Positions 14,170 to 26,307 of a stretch of DNA of 64,000 nucleotides are shown piece after piece. The stretch is from the human T2T-CHM13v2.0 reference genome, Homo sapiens. Position numbers and translations under genes: made by a program. How positions within the stretch are numbered: position 1 is the first letter of the stretch; each line of letters opens with the position of its first letter. Below the pieces are notes generated by a model. That model saw only the letters and a list, made by a program, of their open reading frames with translations. It searched no databases and had not been told where the DNA came from. The stretch lies in the NCBI RefSeq assembly GCF_009914755.1, contig NC_060947.1; one strand, 5' to 3'.

Positions 14170-16494
14170 CTGATCAAAAACAACAAGTACAGTCTTCATT
14201 TTGGTTTTTAAAAAGCTGTACATTGTTAACAGAGATAATAAGACATGTTATTTAAACACACACAAAAATCCAATTTAAAACTTTCATGGAATGCTATTAT
14301 AAGATACTGTGCTCATAGCCTTTCTTTTACATTTGGTACTTGAGGTTTCAAAATAAGTTTCCTCCCATCTAGTTGTAAAGAACACATTTTTAGGGGCACC
14401 TGTAGAAAGATGGGGGAGTGTGGTACTTCATCATGTCAGACAAGTCATGAATTACTGTGAAAGTATTCTTTTGGCTTTTTTAGTGTAGTTCTAGAAATTA
14501 AAACATTAGAGAAATGAGCTAAAGTTATCATTTATAATGTTAACTGATCCATAAAGGAATACAGATGTGTATTTGTGACTGAGATAACAGCAAATCTGAA
14601 AATATTAACACACAACTACATGAAAATATTTTGATTTAAATGTACACTAATTCCTATCTAATAACTCCTGCTTCATTTCTGAAACCTAAATGCTCAATAT
14701 TAATAGGAGAAATATCAGGATATTAATAAAAATCATGTGCTAAGTTACCATCAAATAATTTCTAAAATATGTCATATATGCATGTTAATTTAAATACGAT
14801 CAAATAATACTAAAATATGGACTGGAAAATGGCTTTAAACATTTTCAATGGGTATTTTGTTCCTTTAGGCTGCAAGAACAATATCTTAATTTTCTTTACT
14901 TAGAAATAAAATGTTTTGAATAAATGCTGGTCTAATATAGTCGCATATATGACCATGTGATTTTTCACCTTTAGTTTTCTTTCTTTCAACTCAGAATGTG
15001 AAAACTTTGTATCAAGTAGTCTCACATTGTAATGGTACTCAAGGTACACTGATGACATAAGGAAAACAAATAATAAATTTCAAAAGTCACAAGTATTTGT
15101 ATGTGTGTATTACAATTCAAGGAATTAGATGTTATATATTTAAATCTATAATGCATAAACTTCAACACGCAACTGAGGACTGATTCATTTTGTATGGGGG
15201 AAAGGGATTATTTTTGTCAGAGACTGGTCAATAATCTAAAGAAACATACGGCATAATATAGACACATTATATACTTATCATAATATAGACACATCATATA
15301 CTTATAGTCTGTAAAAGACTTTACTTATTTTAAAAGGTGTTGTAAAAGTCTGTAGCATTTTCTAGGGCTGAGGACAAAAACAACAAAAAATTAAAAAACC
15401 CACTTCACTTCTTTCCCTATACCAGTTGAGGGCTCTAGGGCAGAGTTGGGGTCAGCCCAAGAGGTAATCAGTACTTTTTTTCATCTTGGTGCCCTCTAGT
15501 TTCTTCTTTGACCTGAAGTAGAGATTGCTGTAACTCAGCAACTTGGAAAGCCTCTTCCGTCTTTCCACAAGCTGAGTTGGCAAGGCCACCAAACCCCATA
15601 CATGGGGAGTATTGATTGAGGCAGCTCCAGGAAGTGGGAACTAAGATTGGTGGGAATAGTTCTCCTATTGCTTCACACACTTATTACCTAAAATTTATAT
15701 ATTGTCTTCTGATGTCACTTTCAAGCATTGTCTGAGAAGGCTCTAGCACTGGTAATTGTAAAGGTTAAGAATGCCACAGAGGTGATGGCAGTGAAAGAGG
15801 GGAAAAAATTGTGAAAAGGAGGATGAAGAGAGAAAAAAAAAGTCAGTTAATAAGGATGTGATGTACAAATATTCAAGCCAGAGAGAAATGTAGTAGATAC
15901 TTTGAAATTAGTTGGGATTGAAGGAGAATATTCTGAGGTTGGGAAGAGCACACATGGTCATATTTCTTTACTCCCATGAAATAAGCAGCATGAATTTATA
16001 CACATTTTAGACATATAATGTACTAACTAAACAACTATTTGGTAAAACAACTTTGTGGGAAATTGTAATAAATAATGTTCATATTATGCATTATTCTCTC
16101 TTCATTGAAATAAATGTTATACTACCAAAAACATTGCTGATACAAAATGTCAGTCATCTATGATAGTTGAGTATTTTATTAAATTTTTAGTTTATTTTAT
16201 GATTCGACTCTTTTTTCCAATTACATTTTGCCCTTGATAAGTTCAAAAGTAGGTCAGGTCAAAAGAAAATTGCTGGGCTATTTATTAGAAACCGTAAGTG
16301 CTCCTATATTACCATACCATAGTAATTCAGCATTTGTAATAAAAGGCCAAGAATATTCTGCATTTATAAAATTCATTAGAATCATAAAATGTGTAATATG
16401 TGCTCTGAAAATTCAGTTGGAGACTTATCTAAGTTCTTTCCAAATATTTATTTCCACTCCTAGTTCATTCACACTTTTATCACAACCAATTTAC

Positions 16495-16617
16495 CATATC
16501 TTTATTGAAGTCTTCCTCTTTCAGATTCACCCCCTGCTGAATTTCAGCCTCCAGTGGTTCAAGCAATTTTTGTATATCTGAGTTAAACTGCTCCAATTCC
16601 TTCAAAGGAATGGAGGC
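16495..16617 (-). CDS. DMD: Dystrophin exon 38 (123 nt; ASIPLKELEQFNSDIQKLLEPLEAEIQQGVNLKEEDFNKDM)
   Basis: Manual translation; ttttag|GCCTCC and GATATG|gtaaat. Confidence 0.97.
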
Positions 16618-19009
16618 CTAAAAAAAAAGATAGTGCTACTTTAAATCAAAATTACTTTTTATTAGAAACATAAACCAAAAGAAATACATTTATTCAACCT
16701 CCTGTTGCTAAACTAATCACATGCATTATGTTTCCATATTATGTTTTATGAAGGGTTTTGAAATACAACTGGAAAAGTACCTGAGGATGCAAATAAGGAG
16801 AAACATTTCACATCACCAGAGCTGAACATACATGCAAGATAGTACAATTCATCATTTGGTGATATCAACAACAGTCAATTTACAGATACATTTGAATGGG
16901 CTAATTTTTAATATTCTAAAGTCAAATTTGACCTTATTTTAAATATTCTGATATAAATACATTTGGGTAAATATGTCTCATCAGAAATTGCCTCATTTAT
17001 CAAGTAACAGTAACCTCAGGTAGAAATGCAGAATTGTCATCTTATCCTTAGAAAAACTACATGGCAATCTGCTCAGATGTTTTAAATGACATTTTTAGCA
17101 CAGCACAATTGACAGGCATGCTCTTCTAAGACAATGCCATTAGCTTGCCTTAGGAACAGTTTGGTTGGTGATGCAAATAAATTCAAACGAATGAACCTAA
17201 TATATTTCACATAAAGAATCTATGCTTTTCAACCTTGTAAACATCAGTTTCTTTACTTTTGAACTGATAATGACCAGTCTAAGAAAACTTTAAAATCTCT
17301 TGACTTTCTAAACAAAACCCTTGAAAAGGAGTGATAAGTGAAAAGACATGGAAAATCAAATATATATTCAAAAAAGTGGGCAAGGTTTAGTTATTAGATT
17401 AAAATTCTGTTAATAAAATACATTGATACTCTCTCAATCTTTATGCTGTATTTCTTTCCATTAAAACACTAGAACATATTTTATATGGGATAGCTCTTGA
17501 AAACCCATAGATGACATACAGAAATCTGATTTTCTTTCAGAGCTAAAACATTTTACTTTTGTAAAACCAATTCAGGAATGACCCCCGTGTCTTTTGCCAA
17601 GACGATTACATTCATCAAGTTTGGTCCCCACCTACCCTTCTCCAGTCACATTCCCAGGAAGAGGTTGAATTTTTATTAGATGGCAACTTCTGGTGAACAA
17701 TACGGATAAGTGTAGAAGAAAAACTAAATATCTAAAGGTAATAATCTGTCACTATTGAAGAAGTGAATAATCAAATTCTATTCATGATGACATGATTCTC
17801 ATATGCAACATGAATAACCACATATCTTCTAGGTACTTCTACACACCCCTGAAAGATTTATGAGATAATTTTAAGTGACCTATTACAGTACCAGTTTTTA
17901 AATCCTAATGATCATTTGCCATTTGAAATATCATAAGTTATTTGAACCAGTATAGATTGGTAGTGGTACAAACATGCTTAAAGTTTCAATGTCTGTATTA
18001 TTAGCAATTACGGTACAATAAAATCATACACTGTTTAGATGACGGTAAAAGTAAAAAGATTAACAACCCTTAGAATCATAACTATACAATTATCAATTTG
18101 GTGATATTTTATGTTATTAAATGGTTGTTCACATTTGCTAATATTTAATGAAAGCAACTATGTTCTATGTGATTTTGTGAATACATAATGATAATGTTGA
18201 AAATAACTTTTATTGTGTACTTGGATGTCAGAAGAACATAGGTCTATTTACAGTCAGATTTACCTGTTTTATTCCAACTGCTTCTTCTCTAGCTCATCTC
18301 TCCATGAATTTAACTTCTATTAATTTAAGATACAATTTTCTACGAATTTAACAATTTTTTATGCCTTCCAAGTCTTCACCCTAAGCTGTTATCTGACTTT
18401 TGAATTCCCATCTAGACTCTCCAATAGCCAGCTGAATTTTCACCTGAAGTTTCACATTCCTAGTATGGAGCACATTATCTTTCCCGCAAACTGCTTACAA
18501 TACTAACTTCCCTAGTTCTCTTAATGGAAGACCATTTCTCTCAGTCATTCAGGCGTAAAACGTAAGTCATGCTATTTTTGAACATCTCACTCTAATGTCT
18601 AATAAATATCAAGTAAGTGTCAATTGACTTGCTATGATCCACTTGCTTTGTATTCCCAGAGACTCCATCGTTCCTGGTCCTTACACAAAACTAAGGCAAT
18701 AAGCTTTGAAAAGATGTAAAATCTCCTTTCAGTCAAACCAGTTCCAGCCTGTGCCCAATGATCAGCTTACTATGTTTCAAAAACCTTTCTTTCATTATGC
18801 TATTTATTTGCTGAAGAACCTCCTGCATCTATTGAGTATAAATAGAATAAAGTCCAACCTCCAGCACAGTAGTCAAGGCTTCTCCTAATCTTGCCCCAAA
18901 GACTTGCCAGCCTTATGTAAGTGTTCCTAATATAGACCTTTTTTTGCAGGCCATTTGGTGATCTTCTGTTATGCCTCCTTCAATGACCTTAGAATACTTT
19001 TCATCTTCT

Positions 19010-19230
19010 AGTGAAGAACATAAACTTCTGTATGAAAATGCATAGATTGAATCTGGGCTCTACCATTTACTAGCTGAGGGAACTTAGACAAGTTATTTAT
19101 CCTCATTGAACCTCAGTTTCTTTATAACATGGAGATAAGATGAATATCTACCTCACAGGGCTATTACTAAGATCAAATATGTTAGAATGGTGTCTGGTAT
19201 ATAATAAAAGCTTAATAAATGTTGACTATT
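19010..19230 (+). mobile_element. MIR
   Basis: gaatctgggctctaccatttactagctg...gaacctcagtttc...tacctcacagggct. Confidence 0.7.
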
Positions 19231-20394
19231 ATTTTCTCTCAAACTTCTATGTGTCCATCCAATATAAATACATGCTCTATAAATCTTGGGTCTTATTTTG
19301 ATCCTCTCAAAATCCTAATCATCCATTGGCTCAGGTCAAGCCCTTCCTCCTTTGAAATCTATGGTTTTAAAGGATAAAATACATGCTTATTGATATAATG
19401 AGTCTTTATTTTACCAAGGGATTTGATGAAATCATAACATTGTAATGGTGAACATGGAGGATTTTAGATTCCAGTTTGGTAGAGTTACATAATCCTGAAG
19501 AACAAAACTACAGATTAATTTATCTGCGGCAATATAAAAAGTGATATCACAGCCTTGCATTTAGTTTACAGGGTGCAGTTTTTTTTTTTTAATCAGGAAT
19601 TATTTGGAGACAGAAAAGGCATACCACAGATACAGTCAGTGGGGTGTGTTCCCTAGACATCCTATGGAGCTGAGTTTCTCATGTTCAACCTACAGTCATT
19701 TCTGGTACATAGTAAATATTCATAAGTAAATATTTCCTGAAAAAATAAATGAACAAAAGACTAAAAATTGAGGGCCAAAATAGACATTTCAAGGAGCTTT
19801 TTTAGTGACATGGAATTTTAAATAACACAATTTCTATGTAGAAATGTCAAAAGACCTGACTGGTTAGCATTATATGAGTATGTATATTAACTGCTGCCCA
19901 AATGCTAAGCAACATGATACCACCAGGTAAACACAAAAAAGGGGGAAGATGTAAAAAGAGCTTTGGGAGAGACTACCAAAAACTGAAGTGCTAATTATTC
20001 AGGCAAGATAATGGAAACTTAGACTTCTTTAGTTCAATGTGTAGGGTCTAAATTTTCCAATGAAAGACTACCGTGCATTTTGTTTAAAAAAATTAGGAAG
20101 ATTAAGAATTTGAGTAGTTTTATTTTGTGTAGTTTCAAAGTGATTAACTAAAATCAGTGGGCAAAAATTATTTGGAGCCTAAATTTTAGGTTTATATAAG
20201 AACAACTGATGAGGACTGCAATTTTTTTAAAAACACTGATTTTCAAGTAATGCTAAATGTTTATAAGCAGAGACTAGATGAGGATGTATTCAGTCACATT
20301 TTAGGAACAAAATCCTTTTCACACAGACATTTTCTTAAAATTTTATAACCTTACAGTAAGTTCTTGTCTCTAAATTCAAGTAGAACTTTTATAG

Positions 20395-20682
20395 TAGTGC
20401 AGCTCAATAGAAATATAATACATGCCATATATGTAATTTTAAATATTCTAGTTGCCATAGTAAAAAACAAAAAACAGATAAAATTAATTTTACTGATTTC
20501 ACTGAGATGTCCAAATTATTGTATAAACTCATAATCAATACAAAAATATGAATATTTTACATTTTATATTCTCTTCAAAACCCACACATATTTTACACTT
20601 ATTTATAAATCTTAACATGGAGTAGCCAAATTTCTAAAGCTCAGTGGCCACATGTGGTTCATGACCACCTTATTAGGCAGTA
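20395..20682 (+). mobile_element. MER33/MER3-like hAT-Charlie MITE
   Basis: caatagaaatataatacatgccatatatgtaattttaaatattctag ... ctcagtggccacatgtgg. Confidence 0.65.
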
Positions 20683-23600
20683 TAGAGCTCTATTAACCAT
20701 TATACTCATAACATTGTAAAGAACTAATATCTCATAATTACTTTGAATAAAATAGTAATGTTTTGTTTATAACTTGTGGTGAATTTAGATTATTCTTACG
20801 TCGGTCTTATTATCTTGCATTATGTGTTCTGAGTGAAATTTTCAGGCAGTCCTCGGGGTATAGGAAAAATTACGGGAGTGGGATTGACCTGTTATTTCAG
20901 GAGTTTCTATTCTCATTTATGTGTATCTCAGCTTGTGTTGCACTGCTTTCTTATAGACAGGAATATAATATTATTTGGCTTTCAAAGATATATGCTTGTC
21001 TCTCTAAATAAATTTTCCATCCTTAAAGTTGGCAATATGTCTTATACTACTCTATTTTCCAGTGAAAACACTGCCTTTTATTTTATACAGGAAAAGGTGC
21101 TTATTATATCAATCGGTAGTTTTAGAACTACCTATATATTAATTTAATCAACCAGTGACCAATTTTATAACCAAAATAAGTTTATCAAACCAATTGTTTT
21201 AGCTATGTTATTGGCAAGATAGCACCAGCCATTTGACAGCCATATGATTAATAGTCTTTGGACACAAAGAGATGAAAAAAATTCATTGCTTTTCTTAAGA
21301 GTTCACTAGTTCAGCATTAGGCTATGCCCATTCTAAAACAGAAAACACTTTCCCACCCAATTAAAATTCTACATGTCATTCCTTGGTCTTCCCTGTCTTT
21401 GTAACTTGGAATTCTTATGCAACTTTATAAAGGAAACATGTAATAAGAAAGCGTTTATAATTTAACAGCTCATTCTTGAGTCACCAAATTTTAAAACACA
21501 AAGTATATCATGCCTGCTTTTCAATTCAGAATTATGATAAATTGTCTAAAACAGTTGAAAGCAATGGCTGATAAATCATCTTAATTATTGGGTAAGTTAC
21601 TTCTATTGACTTTAAAGGAAATAGATGACCACAAAAGAACTGGAATCACAATTAAATCACACAATGTTAGACAGTGCACACAAAATAGGTTTTAGTTATA
21701 TAGAAAATAATCAAACAAAAGTTATAATATTGCATGAGAAAGTGTATACCAAGCATAGGTTTTGGACACTTTTAATTTTTTACTTACCTTTTCATTTTAA
21801 GAGCTTTAGCATGACTGTGCAGTCATACAAAATACATATAAATTAGAAGACAGGGAAGTATAATAAATGGATAAATGGACACATAAAGAAGAGACAGAGA
21901 AACCGAGAAAGACAACACTTTGTTTTCCTTGATTTTTTAATGTTTCAAATTGCTTAACAACTATTAATTGTGCTTTGTTGGATTATTTAAGGATTAATGA
22001 AATTTAAGGCTTTGTTGAAGTTTTGGCATTAAAGCTGAATTTTATAACAAGTTAACAAAGGATAACAGACTGAAGAAAAGCAAGATCAATTACAAACTGA
22101 TTCATTGTAAATTGAAAGCATTCAAAATTACTCAGATACACTTTATTAGTTTTAAAATGTAAGCTTTCCTTGGTTAAATATTACTTTGGCATGCACAGAT
22201 ACACTAGCATAATAACGACTGTGTTTACACAGACAGCAAGTAAACATTTGTTAATCTGGACTATGGAATCTTAATAATCATGATAAATTACCACTATATT
22301 CAAATCACACTAAAACCTAAATTGAAAATAAATAATCCAAGTGCTACAGATTGGTTTAAAATTGCTTCAAATCCATCAGTCTCCTTTTTCCATTCTGCAG
22401 CTTTGAAAATTTATTTATCATTACAATATTGATATAGAAAAATAAAGAATTCATGGAAACCAAGATGAAAAATTTCAAGGACAAGTAACACACTATAGTA
22501 CAGAAAAGACAGACTACTGATATGATATGAAGAGTTATTTCACATCATTCTATCTGTAGAGGAAAAGAACTTACAAAAACAAATAAGTGTATTGGAAAGA
22601 TACTACATCTATGCTAGAAGAAAGATTATTTAAAATATGGTTTATAAACTTATTTATTCTATTATTTTAAAATTATTAGAGCAAACAAGAAAATGTAAGA
22701 AATATTATTTTTAAATTAAATAAATTGACTCCAAATAGTGACATTTCATTGGTTGCATTCTTTTGAGAATAGATAAAGTACTGGTTTACCTTTAATGCTT
22801 TGATAATAAAAATGTGAAAATGTGACTAATTTGTGAGGCTAATTAGAGGATATTACCCAGTAGATTTCAATTGATTTTGTATGGATGAGGTTAATTTCAT
22901 GCTTACACATTTTAAAACTGGATGCAAAATATATTCGTGGGTCAAGAATCTGCTTCCTACTGTCGACCTTTTATAAAGTTTAACTTAGAATATTGCCCTA
23001 TTTCATGATTACATGACTTTTTGGAGTAGGAAATGAATTAAAAGAGGAAAACATTTAACTCTAAAATGTATGGGGGAGACAGACAAAAGTAAAAACATAA
23101 CACTTTAAGCAATTTTGTATTTTAAACTTTCTTTTCATTTACTTAGGTTGTTTTCCAGTTTTATTTCTTCCATTCCCCCTTCCTTCTTCCATTTCTTCCT
23201 CCCTACCACCTTTTGTTCTTGTCATTTTTAATACAAAAAGTATAACGAAATCACTGTATTTGAAGTGAAATTGGGTATGTTTATACTAACACATAGTAGA
23301 CCAACAAAAACTACTTTATGACATAAATAGAGGCAGTAAACTATGCTGAGTCAGTGTATTGAAGTGGACAAAGCAATGGACTGAGATCTAGTATTTGCTA
23401 ACCACACTGTCTAACTGTGAGAACTTGGTCAACTCACTGACACTCTCACAACCTCCTATAAATATCTGAAAGTCTCTGGTCCAAAGCAAAATTGCTTTAC
23501 ATCTACTGACACTGATCAGGGGACTAATTTTCCTTTATCAAAGGAGAACAATCAAGATTCACCAAATAGCTTTAATTATTTCAAATGTTATGCTAACAAG

Positions 23601-24464
23601 ACCCAGATAGTTTTATCAAATGACACTGCTCACCAAACTCAATTACACATCTACTTTAAAAATATTTTACATGGTTACCAAAGGGATTTATTAGCGAAGT
23701 TTCAATGGACTTAACCTTGTTATAGGGATAACCAATTACACATGTGGAAAAAATAAGCTAACATAAGAATTATGTTGTTAGGTTCATATTTTTCTGATTC
23801 ATTTTAGTAAAATAAAATTTGCAGATATTATACAGTTTGACTAGTGATCTGTTACTATTACCTGAAGATATTAGTTGTAAATATTACATATTTAATGCTC
23901 TACAAATTATGCAATATTTACAAGTCTTCATCTCAGTTTTCATGTTTTTATAGAAAATTTTACTAAAAATGAATATCTATATACCTACAATGTACCTACA
24001 AAAATTAAAAAAATTAAAATTTAAAGAATATATATAGCAAGAATACTGTTCCAATTAAGATACAATATTATTTTCCATCATAGGTGTTAAGTTATAATAC
24101 GATCAGAAAGAGACTGCAAAATATCAATGTATTTGCATTGATAAATCTGACTACAGAAAATTAAGCTTTAATTAAAAATTTTCAATCCAATACATCTTCA
24201 TTGGACCTTCTAGATCACATTTATAAAATGCATCATTTATTTCCCACCGAAGTTTAGGAGAGCCAAAATAATTAAATCACTGCTTAATTATTTTCCACAC
24301 ATAGAACCATATTTTAAGATAGATTAGGCCCAATCATGTGTTTCTTTTTCTTATATATTCTACATTACATGGGAAGGTCACTGACTCTCTCACAGCCTCC
24401 TATAAACTTGTGAAAGTCTCTTATCCAAAGAATGATTACTTTTATATCTTCTGACACTGAATGG

Positions 24465-24495
<31 letters not shown>

Positions 24496-24975
24496 CTTGG
24501 TAATTTACAATTATTGCAGCAATCAAACAATGAATATTTAAGTATTTGATGCCCGATTGTCCAAATCTCATATTACAGTTGTAATACATATATATAGAAA
24601 CTGCTACATGAATTTTAGCAGCAATTTTCAAGGCCTATATGGAAATTAAAGAACATATGCCAGATATATCCTATAGCAAATAAGTCTTAGTAAAGGATCA
24701 AAGTCAGAGAAAATAATTTCACTTTTTTCTGGTTAGTATCAATTTCAGAATAAATAATTTAACATTTCAGCTCCTTAGAACAGTGAAGTATATCTAAATC
24801 TCTAGAAAAATACAATCTAAGCAAATTTTATGTAGAAATTACATAATATTTTGTAAAAAGTAAAATAATTGCCTTTATTAATATGACACACCTAAAGTTT
24901 GTTTAGTCAAAATTATTTTGCAGCTAAGTATTACAACAATAAAAATATAACTTGATGCATATTTTATTATTGAAA

Positions 24976-25277
24976 TTTTTTTTAATTTTTATTTTTGAGA
25001 TGGAATCTCACTCTGTCGCCCAGGCTGGGGTGCAGTGGTGCGATCTCGGCTCACTGCAACCTCCGCCTCCCGGGTTCAAACAATTTCCCTCCTCAGCCTC
25101 CCAAGTAGCTGGGATTACAGGCGCCCACCACCATGCCCAGCTAATTTTTGTATTTTTAGTAGAGAAGGGGATTTGCCATGTTGGCCAGGTTGATCTTCAA
25201 CTCCTGACGTCAGGTGATCTGCCTGCAGCGGCCTCCCAAAGTGTTGGGATTACAGGCGTGAGCCACCGCACCAGGCC
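24976..25277 (-). mobile_element. Full-length AluS
   Basis: Alu consensus; TSD tattattg(a/g)aattt on both sides. Confidence 0.95.
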
Positions 25278-25407
25278 TATTATTGGAATTTATATGCAGA
25301 CTTTCCTAGTCAATCAGAGTTAAATTTGGAGTCATTTTTGAATTCATCATCTTCTTGGGTCCTTGTATGTAATGACTTAACTCTAGGCTACCTCTAAATA
25401 TCTCCGC

Positions 25408-25588
25408 AGCAGCAGTTCTCTAAGCGTGGTCCCTAGACCTTCAGCATCAATCTGACCTAGAAAAATGTTAGAAATGCAAACTCTTGTGCTCCACTCCAGA
25501 CCTAGTGAGTCAGAAGCTCTGAGTGTGGGGCCCAGCACACTGGTTTTAACAATTCACCCAAGTGCATACAAAAGATTTACTGATCTAG
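25408..25588 (+). mobile_element. MER5A
   Basis: cagcagttctctaagcgtggtccctagacc...gttagaaatgcaaa...gagtcagaagctctg. Confidence 0.75.
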
Positions 25589-25589
25589 A

Positions 25590-25747
25590 CTGAAATTTCC
25601 TTTCCACTCCCATAGCTATCCCTTTTTTTGAGGTCATCAGTGTATCTCATCTAGACTACTGCAATAGCTCCCGAACTTCATGTCATTATTCAGTGGAATT
25701 CTCCTCACAACTATCACTGGACTAATTTCTCAACAGTGCATACACAG

Positions 25748-25791
<44 letters not shown>

Positions 25792-26200
25792 CACATCAAG
25801 AACTCTTCATTGCATACTGAATTAAGCATGAATGATTAGTCTGGCTGTCCATGACCTCTTCACACTGTGTCTAGCCATAATCTTCAGCCTTATCATCCAC
25901 AACTAAGTTTTATCTTCCATGCCCTCTACTCTGAAAACTAAAGGAACTCACTCTTCATTGAACACACTGTATGCTCCTAAGCTTTCTCATATGTTTATGC
26001 CGAATTGTTACCTCCTCTGTGTTGCTGGAGTGACTGCTAAACTCACTTACCATGCACTCACTCTCAATCTAGTATCCATGAACACATCTTGCCCTATCAT
26101 CAAACAGTAAGCTCCTTGAATCCATCGTATTTTACCTAGCAATAGATCCCCCTCACTACCAAACACTGTTATCGGAAAATAATATATGGTTGGTGAGAAT
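25590..26200 (+). mobile_element. Degraded LINE-2 3' fragment containing (CA)n at ~25750-25788
   Basis: tctcatctagactactgcaatagctcc and taagctccttga L2 motifs. Confidence 0.5.
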
Positions 26201-26307
26201 TCATCCTGATTAATCCCTTTTCTCAAGTCTTCACTCATTAGTGCTTTTAGATATACCTCAACTAGCATCTCTCCCAAATTGCTGACTCCCCTTCTCCAAC
26301 TTGGCTT
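26051..26307 (-). other. Candidate 257-nt cryptic exon in intron 37, open in the dystrophin frame
   Basis: Acceptor ttctacccctctccatccctctag|AAG, donor GCATG|gtaagt; no stop in frame 0 (extends ORF 26047..26277). Confidence 0.5.

Noticed and set aside
24952-25323. 123-aa ORF (also 28522..28889, 44035..44220, 58677..58949, 60396..60620)
   Set aside because: Typical antisense-Alu translations.
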